A stretch of DNA of 63,886 nucleotides, the filler included, from Lenisia limosa (Eukaryota > Protista > Breviatea): NCBI GenBank assembly GCA_001655205.1. It is 12 parts of 12 records of this genome, joined end to end, with 100 filler letters (N's around TTAATTAATTAA, not from the genome) between each part and the next. Parts side by side here need not be neighbours in the genome. Positions count along the whole stretch, not along the records: positions 1 to 4,445 come from LPNZ01006754.1; positions 4,546 to 6,892 come from LPNZ01001533.1; positions 6,993 to 9,584 come from LPNZ01007198.1; positions 9,685 to 11,163 come from LPNZ01000594.1; 8 more parts are not named here. One strand, given 5' to 3'. Below, one piece after another: positions 1 through 9,719 of the stretch. The notes below the pieces were generated by a model, which was not told where the DNA came from, made no database searches, and saw nothing but the letters and a program-made list of their open reading frames with translations. Each line of letters starts with the position of its first letter. Position 1 is the stretch's first letter. Both the position numbers and the translations under genes were made by a program.

Positions 1-127
1 CACGAGGGTTGATAACAAAAGACCAGGCCGCTTCTGCAGCCCCGGATCCCATGGAGGAAAACAGGTACTAATAGAAAGGGAGATCATTATACCCCACTCT
101 CTTTATTCACATTTTTTACACCCCCAC

Positions 128-2740
128 CCCGTACCGGTTTTGGTTTTGGAGGGGCTTTGGGGAACTTGAGATTGAGAACTGGCCTGCGTGCCCGGGCCGG
201 ATAATTCTCGACCGGGCTTGGATACTTCGGGGAAAGAGAAGACGACTGTGGGGCCAGAGACTTCTCAGCGGCGGCGGGGGGNNNNNNNNNNNNNNNNNNN
301 NNNNNNNNNNNNNNNNNNNNNNNNNNNNNNNNNNNNNNNNNNNNNNNNNNNNNNNNNNNNNNNNNNNNNNNNNNNNNNNCGGGACGGAGGGTTTCTGGGC
401 TGGTTTTTCGCTGGTGTTCGGCGTGACTTTGGAAGCGGAAGTAGACGATGAAAGCCTCGGAGCCGACTTGGCCGCGTTTTTACCGGGCTTTACCAACGGT
501 TTATGGGCTTTTCGTGGGGCCGGAGACCGTGGCGGCGGTAGACGTGACACGTGGCTAACAGGCGGGCGTCCCTTATTCTGCCGGGTTCCGTAGTGGTGGT
601 CATCCGGGCCATCCCGTCGAACTTCGAGGGGGGCTTCCGGAACGGAGAGGAAAGAATGCGGCCGGGCGGCGCGGACCTGATTCTGTCAAAACTATCACTT
701 TGTCCAGCTTTTTGTTTGAATGGAGATATGCGCTTTGTGATCATGTCAAAACTACGGCTTACCTTCGGTCCGAAAAAAAAACAGGTAAAATATCGATATT
801 TATGGAAGAGTTTCTTCGGTCTATTTTTGGGACCGAAGGAAAGCTTCACTTCAAAAACCCGGGAAAATATCGATAGTTTTAGAAGATTTATTGAAAAAAT
901 TCAGTCTGTTTTTAAACCCCGAAGTGAAGCCCTAACCACAGGGAAAGGCAGTCAAAATTATCACCGTGTTGTTACGGAGATACTCTTTCTAATCTTGTAT
1001 TTCAACATGTTTGCCAGAGAGAAATACTTACCAATTCATCATCACTATCGCTTAATCTGCCCAGTTACTTATTTCAAATAAAATGATACCTAGTTCTGAA
1101 TACATGTATATGTACCTAGTTCTAAATATGATTTTAATCTATATACCAAGTTCATACAATAAGACTAAACCATCGAAAATCCTCCATCGATAGTGATATT
1201 GCACATCCCTTGGAACCAAACTTAAAGCACAACTAGAAAGGTTGAACATTTCCCAAGATATTCATCGTCCATATTATCACGTTTTTTCAAGTATTTTGAT
1301 TAGTATATTGGCTTTGCTCTCAATCATACGCCTAACACCCAATCATATACAGTGACTGGGATAAGTCTTGTCCGATTTTCCTTGGGAAATCATATGATAA
1401 TTCGGTCACTAAATCTTTCAGTATTTGATAGCATAATTATACTATTCCACGACTTCGTCCATATTACCATGTTTTACATGTTTACACTATTCGATTTCAC
1501 AGCGTGATACAAGGCAATCATGGTTGATGAAGGCATCAGAATATGTCAAGTAAACATTCTACATTGCCACTCTCTGAGCTTCCTAAGGTTCGGAAAAAGA
1601 CCGGGAAAACATCATCTCATCGAGAATTTAACAAGAAAACCTGTCTTATTTGGGACAGCAGGGAAGCTCTGAATGTTTCAAATGTTGGACTTATACGCAG
1701 CGTAATTTTACTTGAAAAGAAAACCAGCAGGTGAACGAAAGCGCACAAAACCCCCCGGAATTTTAGCCTGACCATATATATGGCCAAATACCCTAATAAT
1801 CAAGTAATCAAAGAAGAAGGCTAACCGGTCTTGGTCGAGCGGGTTCTGGATCAAGCGCTTTCTTAGGCGCACGTAGCACAAGCCGAAGAACGGGAGGGAC
1901 GGCAGCCTTCCTACACCTCGTCAAACCCGCGTTAAAGAGACTTAATAAGCTATTAGCGCACAGTATGGGGGAGAAGAGGGGCTGAAAGGGGATAACGGAA
2001 AACCGTGAATGGACCAAGAACAAGTTCGCCACGGAAATGACGAAATAACTCATTTTCAGCAGCTCCCATCGCATACACAGGCGGGAGCGACGATTGGGGT
2101 AAGTCTTCATCCTCTGTTGGAGCCTTATGGCTGTCAATCGGGTCCGTACTCATGTTATCTGTTGCATTTTCATTACAATTCTTCACTTTTGAAGATTGGG
2201 ATTGCACAGGATTGGATCGATATTTGTTTCTACTCGAATTAGAGACTACAACAATAATTTGGAGTTAGAAAGCGGGAAACCTAGACAGTGAACAAAAAAT
2301 ATCGAACGTGGTAGCTATGAAAATCTCAACTTCGTCACCTCCCTACATCTTCTTCTTAGGAGCCTCAGTGTCCATAAAGCCTGGGAAGATTAGTGGTTTA
2401 AATTTCACCAAATAAAACCGCGAGTCAATTGGCAAAAAATCCTTCTATTCGTGCATTTGTAAACGTATACATCACTCCCACGAAAGAATAATGATTCCTG
2501 AAAACAAACAGGGTGTGTTAAATTTTAATGAAGCAAAAATATGAGCCAAAGTCTCTGAAAAGTATCATAATCCAATATATAATAAACAAACCTTGAGCTA
2601 AAAGAGGCAACGCTGATCAAAACTGTGCTATTTCCCCCAAAATCCACATAGAAACGCTCAGATTTGGATTCCTTTTAACTTTTTCTGCTCAGCCCCAACA
2701 ATCATAAAGCTAAACCCCGACCTAGCAAGAGAGCGACCAT
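128..2740 (-). CDS. Unidentified multi-exon gene with a large Pro/Ser/Lys-rich exon (128-676); upstream exons tentative
   Basis: CAG acceptor at 678-677 opens VRAARPHSFLSVPEAPLEVRRDGPDD...SRLPPPRSPAPRKAHKPLVKPGK...; GT donor at 127. Coding-like blocks near 1810-2210 and a possible ATG at 2740. No family recognised. Confidence 0.45.
753..934. mobile_element. Family A hairpin MITE, composite of two abutting copies (B-type then A-type arms)
   Basis: GCTTACCTTCGGTCCG...GGGACCGAAGGAAAGC runs directly into TTCACTTC...CCGAAGTGAAGCCCTA. Confidence 0.75.
1348..1423. mobile_element. Family B ~80-nt Tc1/mariner-type mini-MITE, degenerate copy
   Basis: TA-CAGTGACTGGGATAAGTCTTGTCCGATTTTCCTTGGGAAATC..., homologous to copies at 3940, 12269, 21019 and 57567. 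Confidence 0.7.
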
Positions 2741-2875
2741 TTTGTAAAATTGATTCACTATGGCGTTTTGCGGCGGATTATGGCGGCGGAGGTCTGTATA
2801 TAATCCGTTTTTGTTTTTTCAAAATGGTGTTTTTTGAGCTTTGTCCTCTATCAACTAAAGACAAAGATGATTGGA

Positions 2876-3208
2876 ATGGTATTTTTCTTTTTCTTTTTTT
2901 TTCACCGATTACCCTTTTTAGTTTGGATGGTGGTTCTCTCACTCATTGAGTCTCTGCGTAAGTATTAGTCTTTTAAAGCGGGAAAACTAACGCTTTCTTC
3001 AGGTTGGCGTTGCCTACCCCGCTTTCCGCTCATTCAAGGCCATTAAGTCCACTGAAAAGGACGATGACACAGAAGTGGGAGGCTGAACTCCGCCCTGTCG
3101 CCTCTCTCTTTATTTCTGCCTTGTTCTAACCCTGTAGTGGCTGATCTATTGGGTTGCCTTTGCTTGCTTCCAAATGTTCGAGCACTTTGCCGATACCTGG
3201 ATTTCATG
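2876..3208 (+). CDS. REEP: REEP / TB2-DP1-HVA22 (Yop1-like) ER-shaping protein, 5' exons only
   Basis: Exons 2876-2878, 2922-2957, 3003-3074 and 3138-3208 splice GT-AG to MFGWWFSHSLSLCVGVAYPAFRSFKAIKSTEKDDDTEWLIYWVAFACFQMFEHFADTWISW, matching the YPAxxSxKAI...DDTxWLxYW family motif. The 3' exons were not resolved. Confidence 0.85.
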
Positions 3209-3939
3209 GTTTGGGGGTGGGGATGTTGTCCTTTCTTTTATCAAATATAGATATTTACCAATTTTCACCATATTTCCACCCATCCAAAGCAGTTACGAAT
3301 TTTCATTAAAAGGGATGCCTGTCCCCATGGAAAATGCCAGTTATTATAAATTGCACGGGCGATGCTCCCTTTCACTTTTTGCTCCGTATCGTATTATTAT
3401 CACATGAAAATGATATGAAATTTCTCTCCCACTCTCTTTGATAAACGTATAACTGTGGGATGCGGTGCTGTAGCGACTNNNNNNNNNNNNNNNNNNNNNN
3501 NNNNNNNNNNNNNNNNNNNNNNNNNNNNNNNNNNNNNNNNNNNNNNNNNNNNNNNNNNNNNNNNNNNNNNNNNNNNNNNNNNNNNNNNNNNNNNNNNNNN
3601 NNNNNNNNNNNNNNNNNNNNNNNNNNNNNNNNNNNNNNNNNNNNNNNNNNNNNNNNNNNNNNNNNNNGATCTATTGATCTAATATCGCTTTTTAAAATGA
3701 GATGTTGAAGAAGGCCCAACTTTTATTTGTAGGGTTTTTCTTTGGTCGGAAAATGTCAATGAAAATTCTTTCTTTTTTTGAGCGTCAAAGCCCTAAATAT
3801 TTATCTACCCTCCACCCTCATTTTATTGGTCTCCTATTATAATACTATTCAATATCTCTTATAAGCGTGATCCAATATCCCTTGAAGCGTGATGGTGTGG
3901 ACGGCTTCGGATGGATACAGCCTTATTTTATTAATCATT

Positions 3940-4019
3940 TACAGTGGCCGGGATAAGTGTTGACCTATTTTCTTCGGAAATTACTGAGCAAATAGGTCAG
4001 ATTTATCCCGGTCACTCTA
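3940..4019. mobile_element. Family B mini-MITE
   Basis: TA-CAGTGGCCGGGATAAGTGTTGACCTATTT...AAATAGGTCAGATTTATCCCGGTCACTC-TA; inverted arms with TA flanks. Confidence 0.8.
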
Positions 4020-4111
4020 TATTTTGACCGATTTTGCCCAACTCATCTTTTCAGCCCTACCTCAACGACAATGAAATGAAAGTGAGCGGAATGCTGGGAA
4101 TTACTTTTTAT

Positions 4112-4204
4112 GAGAGCTTCCCTTTCAGTTCCAGCATCTTGTAAAAGAGTTATTGAGGATTTATCGAGAATTCACTCTTTTTTGGAACTGAAAGTGAAGC
4201 TCTA
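4112..4204. mobile_element. Family A hairpin MITE (C-type arms)
   Basis: GAGCTTCCCTTTCAGTTCC...GGAACTGAAAGTGAAGCTCTA. Confidence 0.7.
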
Positions 4205-4282
4205 CTTTTGTTTTTAATGGGGAGGGGGATTTTGATCAGACGATGTGAAGGCAATTATAACGGAAACACGGTTGGAGCGTCA

Positions 4283-4382
4283 TAGGACTTCCCTACGGTC
4301 CAAAAAAAGACCATTATAAATATCGATGTTTATCGGGGGTTTTCGAGAAATTGAGTCTTTCTGGGACCGTAGGGAAGCCATA
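4283..4382. mobile_element. Family A hairpin MITE (B-type arms)
   Basis: TAGGACTTCCCTACGGTCCAAAAAAAGAC...GTCTTTCTGGGACCGTAGGGAAGCCATA. Confidence 0.85.
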
Positions 4383-4489
4383 CTTATCCCAAACTCGATC
4401 TCTCTCCTTTGGCCGTTTCGCACCTTTTGATTCGGAGAGAGAGGGNNNNNNNNNNNNNNNNNNNNNNNNNNNNNNNNNNNNNNNNNNNN

Positions 4490-4501
4490 TTAATTAATTA
4501 A
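4490..4501. other. Artificial contig-joining spacer TTAATTAATTAA (six-frame stops) inside N44...N44
   Basis: The same 100-nt cassette recurs at about 6937, 9629, 11208, 15333, 19075, 31463, 33550, 44383, 57448 and 62190. Confidence 0.97.
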
Positions 4502-4670
4502 NNNNNNNNNNNNNNNNNNNNNNNNNNNNNNNNNNNNNNNNNNNNCTTGAGAGCGGGTGCTCCGTACTTGACAACTCCTATTTAGAGTAAGGGGAAATAA
4601 CCGTGGTGGTAAACAAAGAGACGGTCTAAAAAAAAAATAATAAAAAAAAAATATATATATGTATATACTA

Positions 4671-5282
4671 TATAGTCAAAGCCCCGGACATCATTCAAAA
4701 TCTCTGGACACATCAAAACTCGACAGCTTGAATTTTCCCTCTAAAAGTACAAAAACTTCATTTTCATGTTTTTTTTAAGTAATTTCAGTCAAAATCACAG
4801 GATAGAATGCGGTTTTTACATATTCTTGGCTCAAACCCAAATTAAGTCACTTGGCTACCCGTTTNNNNNNNNNNGTAATCGGCCACATTCAAGGAATAAA
4901 TGACAAATATCCGGGAAAGTATCACCTTGTAGAAAGCACTATTTTGAACATTTTCTCTCAAAATTCACCATTACATCAGCCAAAGCAAGGGGGAATCCAT
5001 AACCAATTACTCCGAGGGGTACACTAAAAGAGGGATAGATTTAGAAAAAATCCCGTGAAAAGGCAAAAGGGGCCACCCCCGGGAGACCAAATGCACGGAT
5101 TTTTGACACTTGCTCAAAATTGAAAAAAAAAGTTTGGGGAACATTAAGAGGTCATTTTCTCTATATATCTGTCGAACCAGTTTTGTATTAAACACTACCG
5201 TTGACCCTTACAAGGGGTCAAATTCAAGCTGTCCGGGAGTTTTGATGTGTCCGGTGAATTTTGAATGCTGTCCGGAGCTTTG
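4671..5282. mobile_element. Family C ~620-nt non-autonomous DNA transposon with long TIRs
   Basis: Left end TATAGTCAAAGCCCCGGACATCATTCAAAAT...CAGCTTGAATT is the inverse of right end AATTCAAGCTGTCCGGGAGTTTTGATGTGTCC...GGAGCTTTG. The interior matches 11270-11600 in reverse complement. Confidence 0.85.
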
Positions 5283-5312
5283 NNNNNNNNNNCGTATATA
5301 CTATATATACTA

Positions 5313-6515
5313 TCACCCCCCCCCCACCAAACACAGCGGCACCGACCACCATGACGGAGGCGCTACCAATAGCAAGCATAGCCAGAACGGAGAGAGAGTC
5401 GTCGGTGCTGTGGCGGACAACGAAGAAACCGGAGGGCTGTGAGGAGTAAAATGGGAAAATTTTGCTCTTTGAAGTGACTAAAAGAGCAAAAGAGCAAAAG
5501 GGCAATGATGAAGCGACCAAAAGAGTTAAGGAAGAAGCCCGGGCCAGAAGCTCACGGGAACATCAACGTAGAAGGGGGCCTTGAACTTGGGTGCAAGAGC
5601 GTCAACAGAAGAAGCGTCAAACTGAACCGTGAATTAATTAATGAATTAATGGGAGGAGGAAATTGGAAAAAATTATGAAACAAAAAGTAAACCGAATAAT
5701 CTGAAACTCCAACAAAGAAACAAGCAATAACACTAACAAGCCCGAGCCAGCCTTTGAAGAGTCCCACCACCGCTCGATCACCCAAACGTACGAGAATACG
5801 AAACAAAAATAAGCACCGAAATCAATACTGCTGGAAGCCCCCCCTACCCCTTAATGATATACACTTATCTAATACGACTAGGGATTCCCTACGGTCCCCA
5901 AAAAAAAAAAGACTGAATTTCTCGATAAATCCTCGATAAATATCAATATTAGACCGCTCTTTTTGGACCTAGGGGAGCCCTCCATATGATATTATGGATT
6001 CAATCCCCCCCCCCCCCCCCCNNNNNNNNNNNNNNNNNNNNNNNNNNNNNNNNNNNNNNNNNNNNNNNNNNNNNNNNNNNNNNNNNNNNNNNNNNNNNNN
6101 NNNNNNNNNNNNNNNNNNNNNNNNNNNNNNNNNNNNNNNNNNNNNNNNNNNNNNNTAGATGATCTCGTCTGAGCCCTTGTGCATGGAGCTGCGAGGGAAG
6201 TAAAATTGAAACAAAAAAAGCCCAAATCAACACTGTTCGCTGACAAGAGGTCAAATTGAGTTGATTGAAGTGTAATGTGTGTGTGTGTGGGGAGGTTGCT
6301 GCTTTTCCCAATTGAAAAAGTGGATTAAGAATTTTGGTCACTCCCAAAGTAAGAAAACACTACTCCCCTCTCCCACGTAGCACTCCAATCAACACTACTC
6401 CCCCCCATACGTAACACGGCTAAGATCAGTGTTGGTGCTGGTGTAGGTGGAATCGTAGGCGGTCATATCTACATCGGAGTCAAAATTTCGATGAAGGATA
6501 TTGGCGTTCAGGTAC
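5313..6515 (-). CDS. Unidentified protein with a C-terminal hydrophobic segment, partial
   Basis: Spliced exons YLNANILHRNFDSDVDMTAYDSTYTSTNTDLS ... FDASSVDALAPKFKAPFYVDVP | PSGFFVVRHSTDDSLSVLAMLAIGSASVMVVGAAVFG with canonical splice sites. Confidence 0.55.
5879..5981. mobile_element. Family A hairpin MITE (B-type arms)
   Basis: TAGGGATTCCCTACGGTCCCC...TTTTTGGACCTAGGGGAGCCCT with the TCGATAAATCCTCGATAAATATC core. Confidence 0.85.
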
Positions 6516-7052
6516 AAATCACGAACGTAATAATCTAAAAATCCAAAAGGAAAAATGGAACAAAATTGAAACACAAAAAAAGCCCCAAATCATTATGATT
6601 TGATGATACCATTTGTTTCAACTCAGGAATATGATTGTATGCTGCGAGGAGGTGGGGACGGACCCTCCTCCGATACTGAAGTGAATCGGTTCAACATAAA
6701 TAAGCACTGTGCAATTTGGACAGAAAAATAGAAAAAAACAATAGATGAATAGTGCAACTGCTTCATTGTTACTGTATCTTAGGGTTGAAAACAACAAAAC
6801 AAAGACCAGACTAGACAGATACCCCCATTCCCACGAGAGTAGCCCCCCCCCGTTTTTTATTTTTATATAGTAATTTTTTTCTTCTCTCTCTCNNNNNNNN
6901 NNNNNNNNNNNNNNNNNNNNNNNNNNNNNNNNNNNNTTAATTAATTAANNNNNNNNNNNNNNNNNNNNNNNNNNNNNNNNNNNNNNNNNNNNGAGAGAGA
7001 GAGAGAGAGAGAAGGGGCAAGGTGAGATGAAATTGTATCACGCCATACCCAC

Positions 7053-9584
7053 CAAGTGACCAGATCATGGGCATGAGAGGGAGTTTGAGGGTTGAGTCGG
7101 TAGCAAGCTGGAGTGTTAGGGACTTAATTATTTCGGGATCTGACTTAATGGGCTGAATTACGCAAAAAAGAAGAAAAAGTGGGGAATGGAGGAGAAATAA
7201 AAAAGAGGAACAAAGAAGTTGCACAGGAAACAGAAAAAGAAAAAGACAGAGAAGGAAAAGAGGGGAAAGCCCCATAGACCTTGTAGATGATCGGGAGTAG
7301 GGTCTGGGTGAAGGGGATATTGTCAACAAAGGCGGACACAATAGCGGCAGTCCAGAGGATGATGAGAATCGCAACAGCTAGACGAGCGTCTTCTCCGACT
7401 GAGGCGATCATGTCGGCTGTCAGGTCACCAACGAAGGAAATCTGGGAGGTGAGTAACAGAGGAAATCAGAATAAAGGGGTATTATGAAGGAAATCCAGCG
7501 GAAAACAAAAAATATCGAAACTGAAAAAGAATATCCAGTTTCTCAGGGGAGGAAAGCACGGTTCTCACCAATCTGAGTTCTTCGAGGCCTTCAATGAGGA
7601 TGAAGAGTGCACCAAAGAAGATCAGCGTTCCCCACTCGACCTGATTGGTGAATAAAAGGACGGTTTGCTTTCATTTGGTTCCCCATCTATGCCCTGATCC
7701 AACAACTTTCGGAATGAAATTCCAAAGCATCATCACCCCCGAGATGTCATTGAGTAATATCGTTGTCCACATTATGTGTAAATAGAGTTTTGGTAATTAC
7801 TTGAGCCAAATATTCTTATTCAACCAGCTGTCCTCAAACATGGCCTTTGATCGAGAAGCACCACCACCACGCATTAATACTAGTCCTCTCGCATACACAT
7901 GCAAAACATTACACTTACACTCCTCTTGACATTGATTGTCCCCCACAGACCTTCTCGAGGACCTCATCAATGTCCTTGATACCCGCAACAAGAAGTAGCA
8001 CGATAGCGCCGATAATAGCAATCCTGCCGGGTTAGTGTGGGTTTTGGACATACTTTACATACGATATAGCTATATCATATCTCTAAAATATTACTACACG
8101 CCATCGATACATATAATGTTATCACAATATATAAGATGGTACCATATATACATGTACTTATCACTATCTGGATCATTTTCACACGTGTGAACTATCCACG
8201 CAGTGATATGATACCTCATATCCACTGTGACAATTGAATGACAAGTCTCAATGATGCTCTGATACACTCGGGGTGAAGCCTTTCGACTCGAAAGTTGGTC
8301 ATATGGTCATATCACTGATGTATTGTTTAATAAAGATATATTACTAAACATACAAATGTATACATCTAATATCATATAAAAAAATGAATAGGATAAGTCC
8401 TTACCACCGATTTGTTGTGGTCACTGTGTAAATAGTATAAGGTACTTTCTTTTGCCCCAAGAAGGAAGGCAAGGCTTACCATCCGAGGGTGAGATGAACG
8501 GGAATATAGGAGTGTGCAAAGAACATCACAATGACAATACCTGTGAAGTTAGATGGTTTTGAATTGCTGGAGAATTGGTTCTGAATTATGCGAAGTTAGA
8601 TGCTGGTGAGATATGGAGTGTAAATGGTGGAGATAGATGGTGTGTGTGGGAAGTATAACTAATGGTAAAAAAATGAAATGATGATTCAGTAATTGCTACN
8701 NNNNNNNNNNNNNNNNNNNNNNNNNNNNNNNNNNNNNNNNNNNNNNNNNNNNNNNNNNNNNNNNNNNNNNNNNNNNNNNNNNNNNNNNNNNNNNNNNNNN
8801 NNNNNNNNNNNNNNNNNNNNCGGTAGCGCCGCGCCAATTCCTCTACATCTACGTCTCCAGGTACCTCCTCGGCTTCCAGACGGGCCTAATGGGTTACTAA
8901 CGTAAGCAAATGTAAGCTAATATAAGCTAATGTAAGCCAAGATAGACTAATATAGCTAATGTAATACTGATGTAAGCTACCCCCCCCACCTCCAGTTCCT
9001 TCTCCAGACTTGCAACATGCTCTTCCATCTGAGCTCTTACGCGCATTTCCTCATTTGCGCCTTCGAGGCGATTCAGAGACTTCTGCCAGATGGCTGGCAA
9101 GNNNNNNNNNNNNNNNNNNNNNNNNNNNNNNNNNNNNNNNNNNNNNNNNNNNNNNNNNNNNNNNNNNNNNNNNNNNNNNNNNNNNNNNNNNNNNNNNNNN
9201 NNNNNNNNNNNNNNNNNNNNNNNNNNNNNNNNNNNNNNNNNNNNNNNNNNNNNTATTAATCTCCCAATCATTTGCCTTAACAACTGACAGTACGATAAGA
9301 AGAGGATTAAACAAAGAATAAAATATGATTGTCTGAGCTTTAGAAAGAGATGATGAAGGGCAAAGCAAACCAAACAACGAAGTTATATTTATATTGAAAA
9401 GAAAGGATAATGCATGGTGAGAAGAGTACGGCTTCACTTCGGTTCGAAAAAAGACTGAATTTCTTGATTAATCCTTGAAATTATCAATAATTTATTGGTC
9501 TTTTTCGAACTGAAGTGAAGCCCAAGAGAAGAGACCCCCCCCCCCCACCAATTTCAAGACGAAGCTCAGTGTGAGGCTGGCGCT
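7053..9584 (-). CDS. OCA2: P protein / OCA2-like 12-TM anion transporter (SLC13/ArsB-NhaD superfamily), central to C-terminal exons
   Basis: Exons give ELRLEIAIWQKSLNRL, GIVIVMFFAHSYIPVHLTLGWIAIIGAIVLLLVAGIKDIDEVLEK, VEWGTLIFFGALFILIEGLEEL, SAFVDNIPFTQTLLPII and LPLMPMIWSL, collinear with OCA2 motifs (VEWxTLLFF, SAxxDNIPFT). Confidence 0.9.
9427..9525. mobile_element. Family A hairpin MITE (A-type arms), intronic in OCA2
   Basis: GGCTTCACTTCGGTTCGAAAAAAGAC...GTCTTTTTCGAACTGAAGTGAAGCCC. Confidence 0.85.
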
Positions 9585-9719
9585 NNNNNNNNNNNNNNNN
9601 NNNNNNNNNNNNNNNNNNNNNNNNNNNNTTAATTAATTAANNNNNNNNNNNNNNNNNNNNNNNNNNNNNNNNNNNNNNNNNNNNAAACAAACAAAGCCAA
9701 GTCCAGTCGCCTGCACTAC

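Noticed and set aside
551-1081. 176-aa + strand ORF
   Set aside because: It is the antisense of a - strand exon fused to translated family A MITE sequence.
4446-4545. Recurrent TTAATTAATTAA motif as a biological repeat or regulatory site
   Set aside because: It is always centred in exactly 44+44 N, so it is an assembly spacer. Synteny across these points cannot be trusted.
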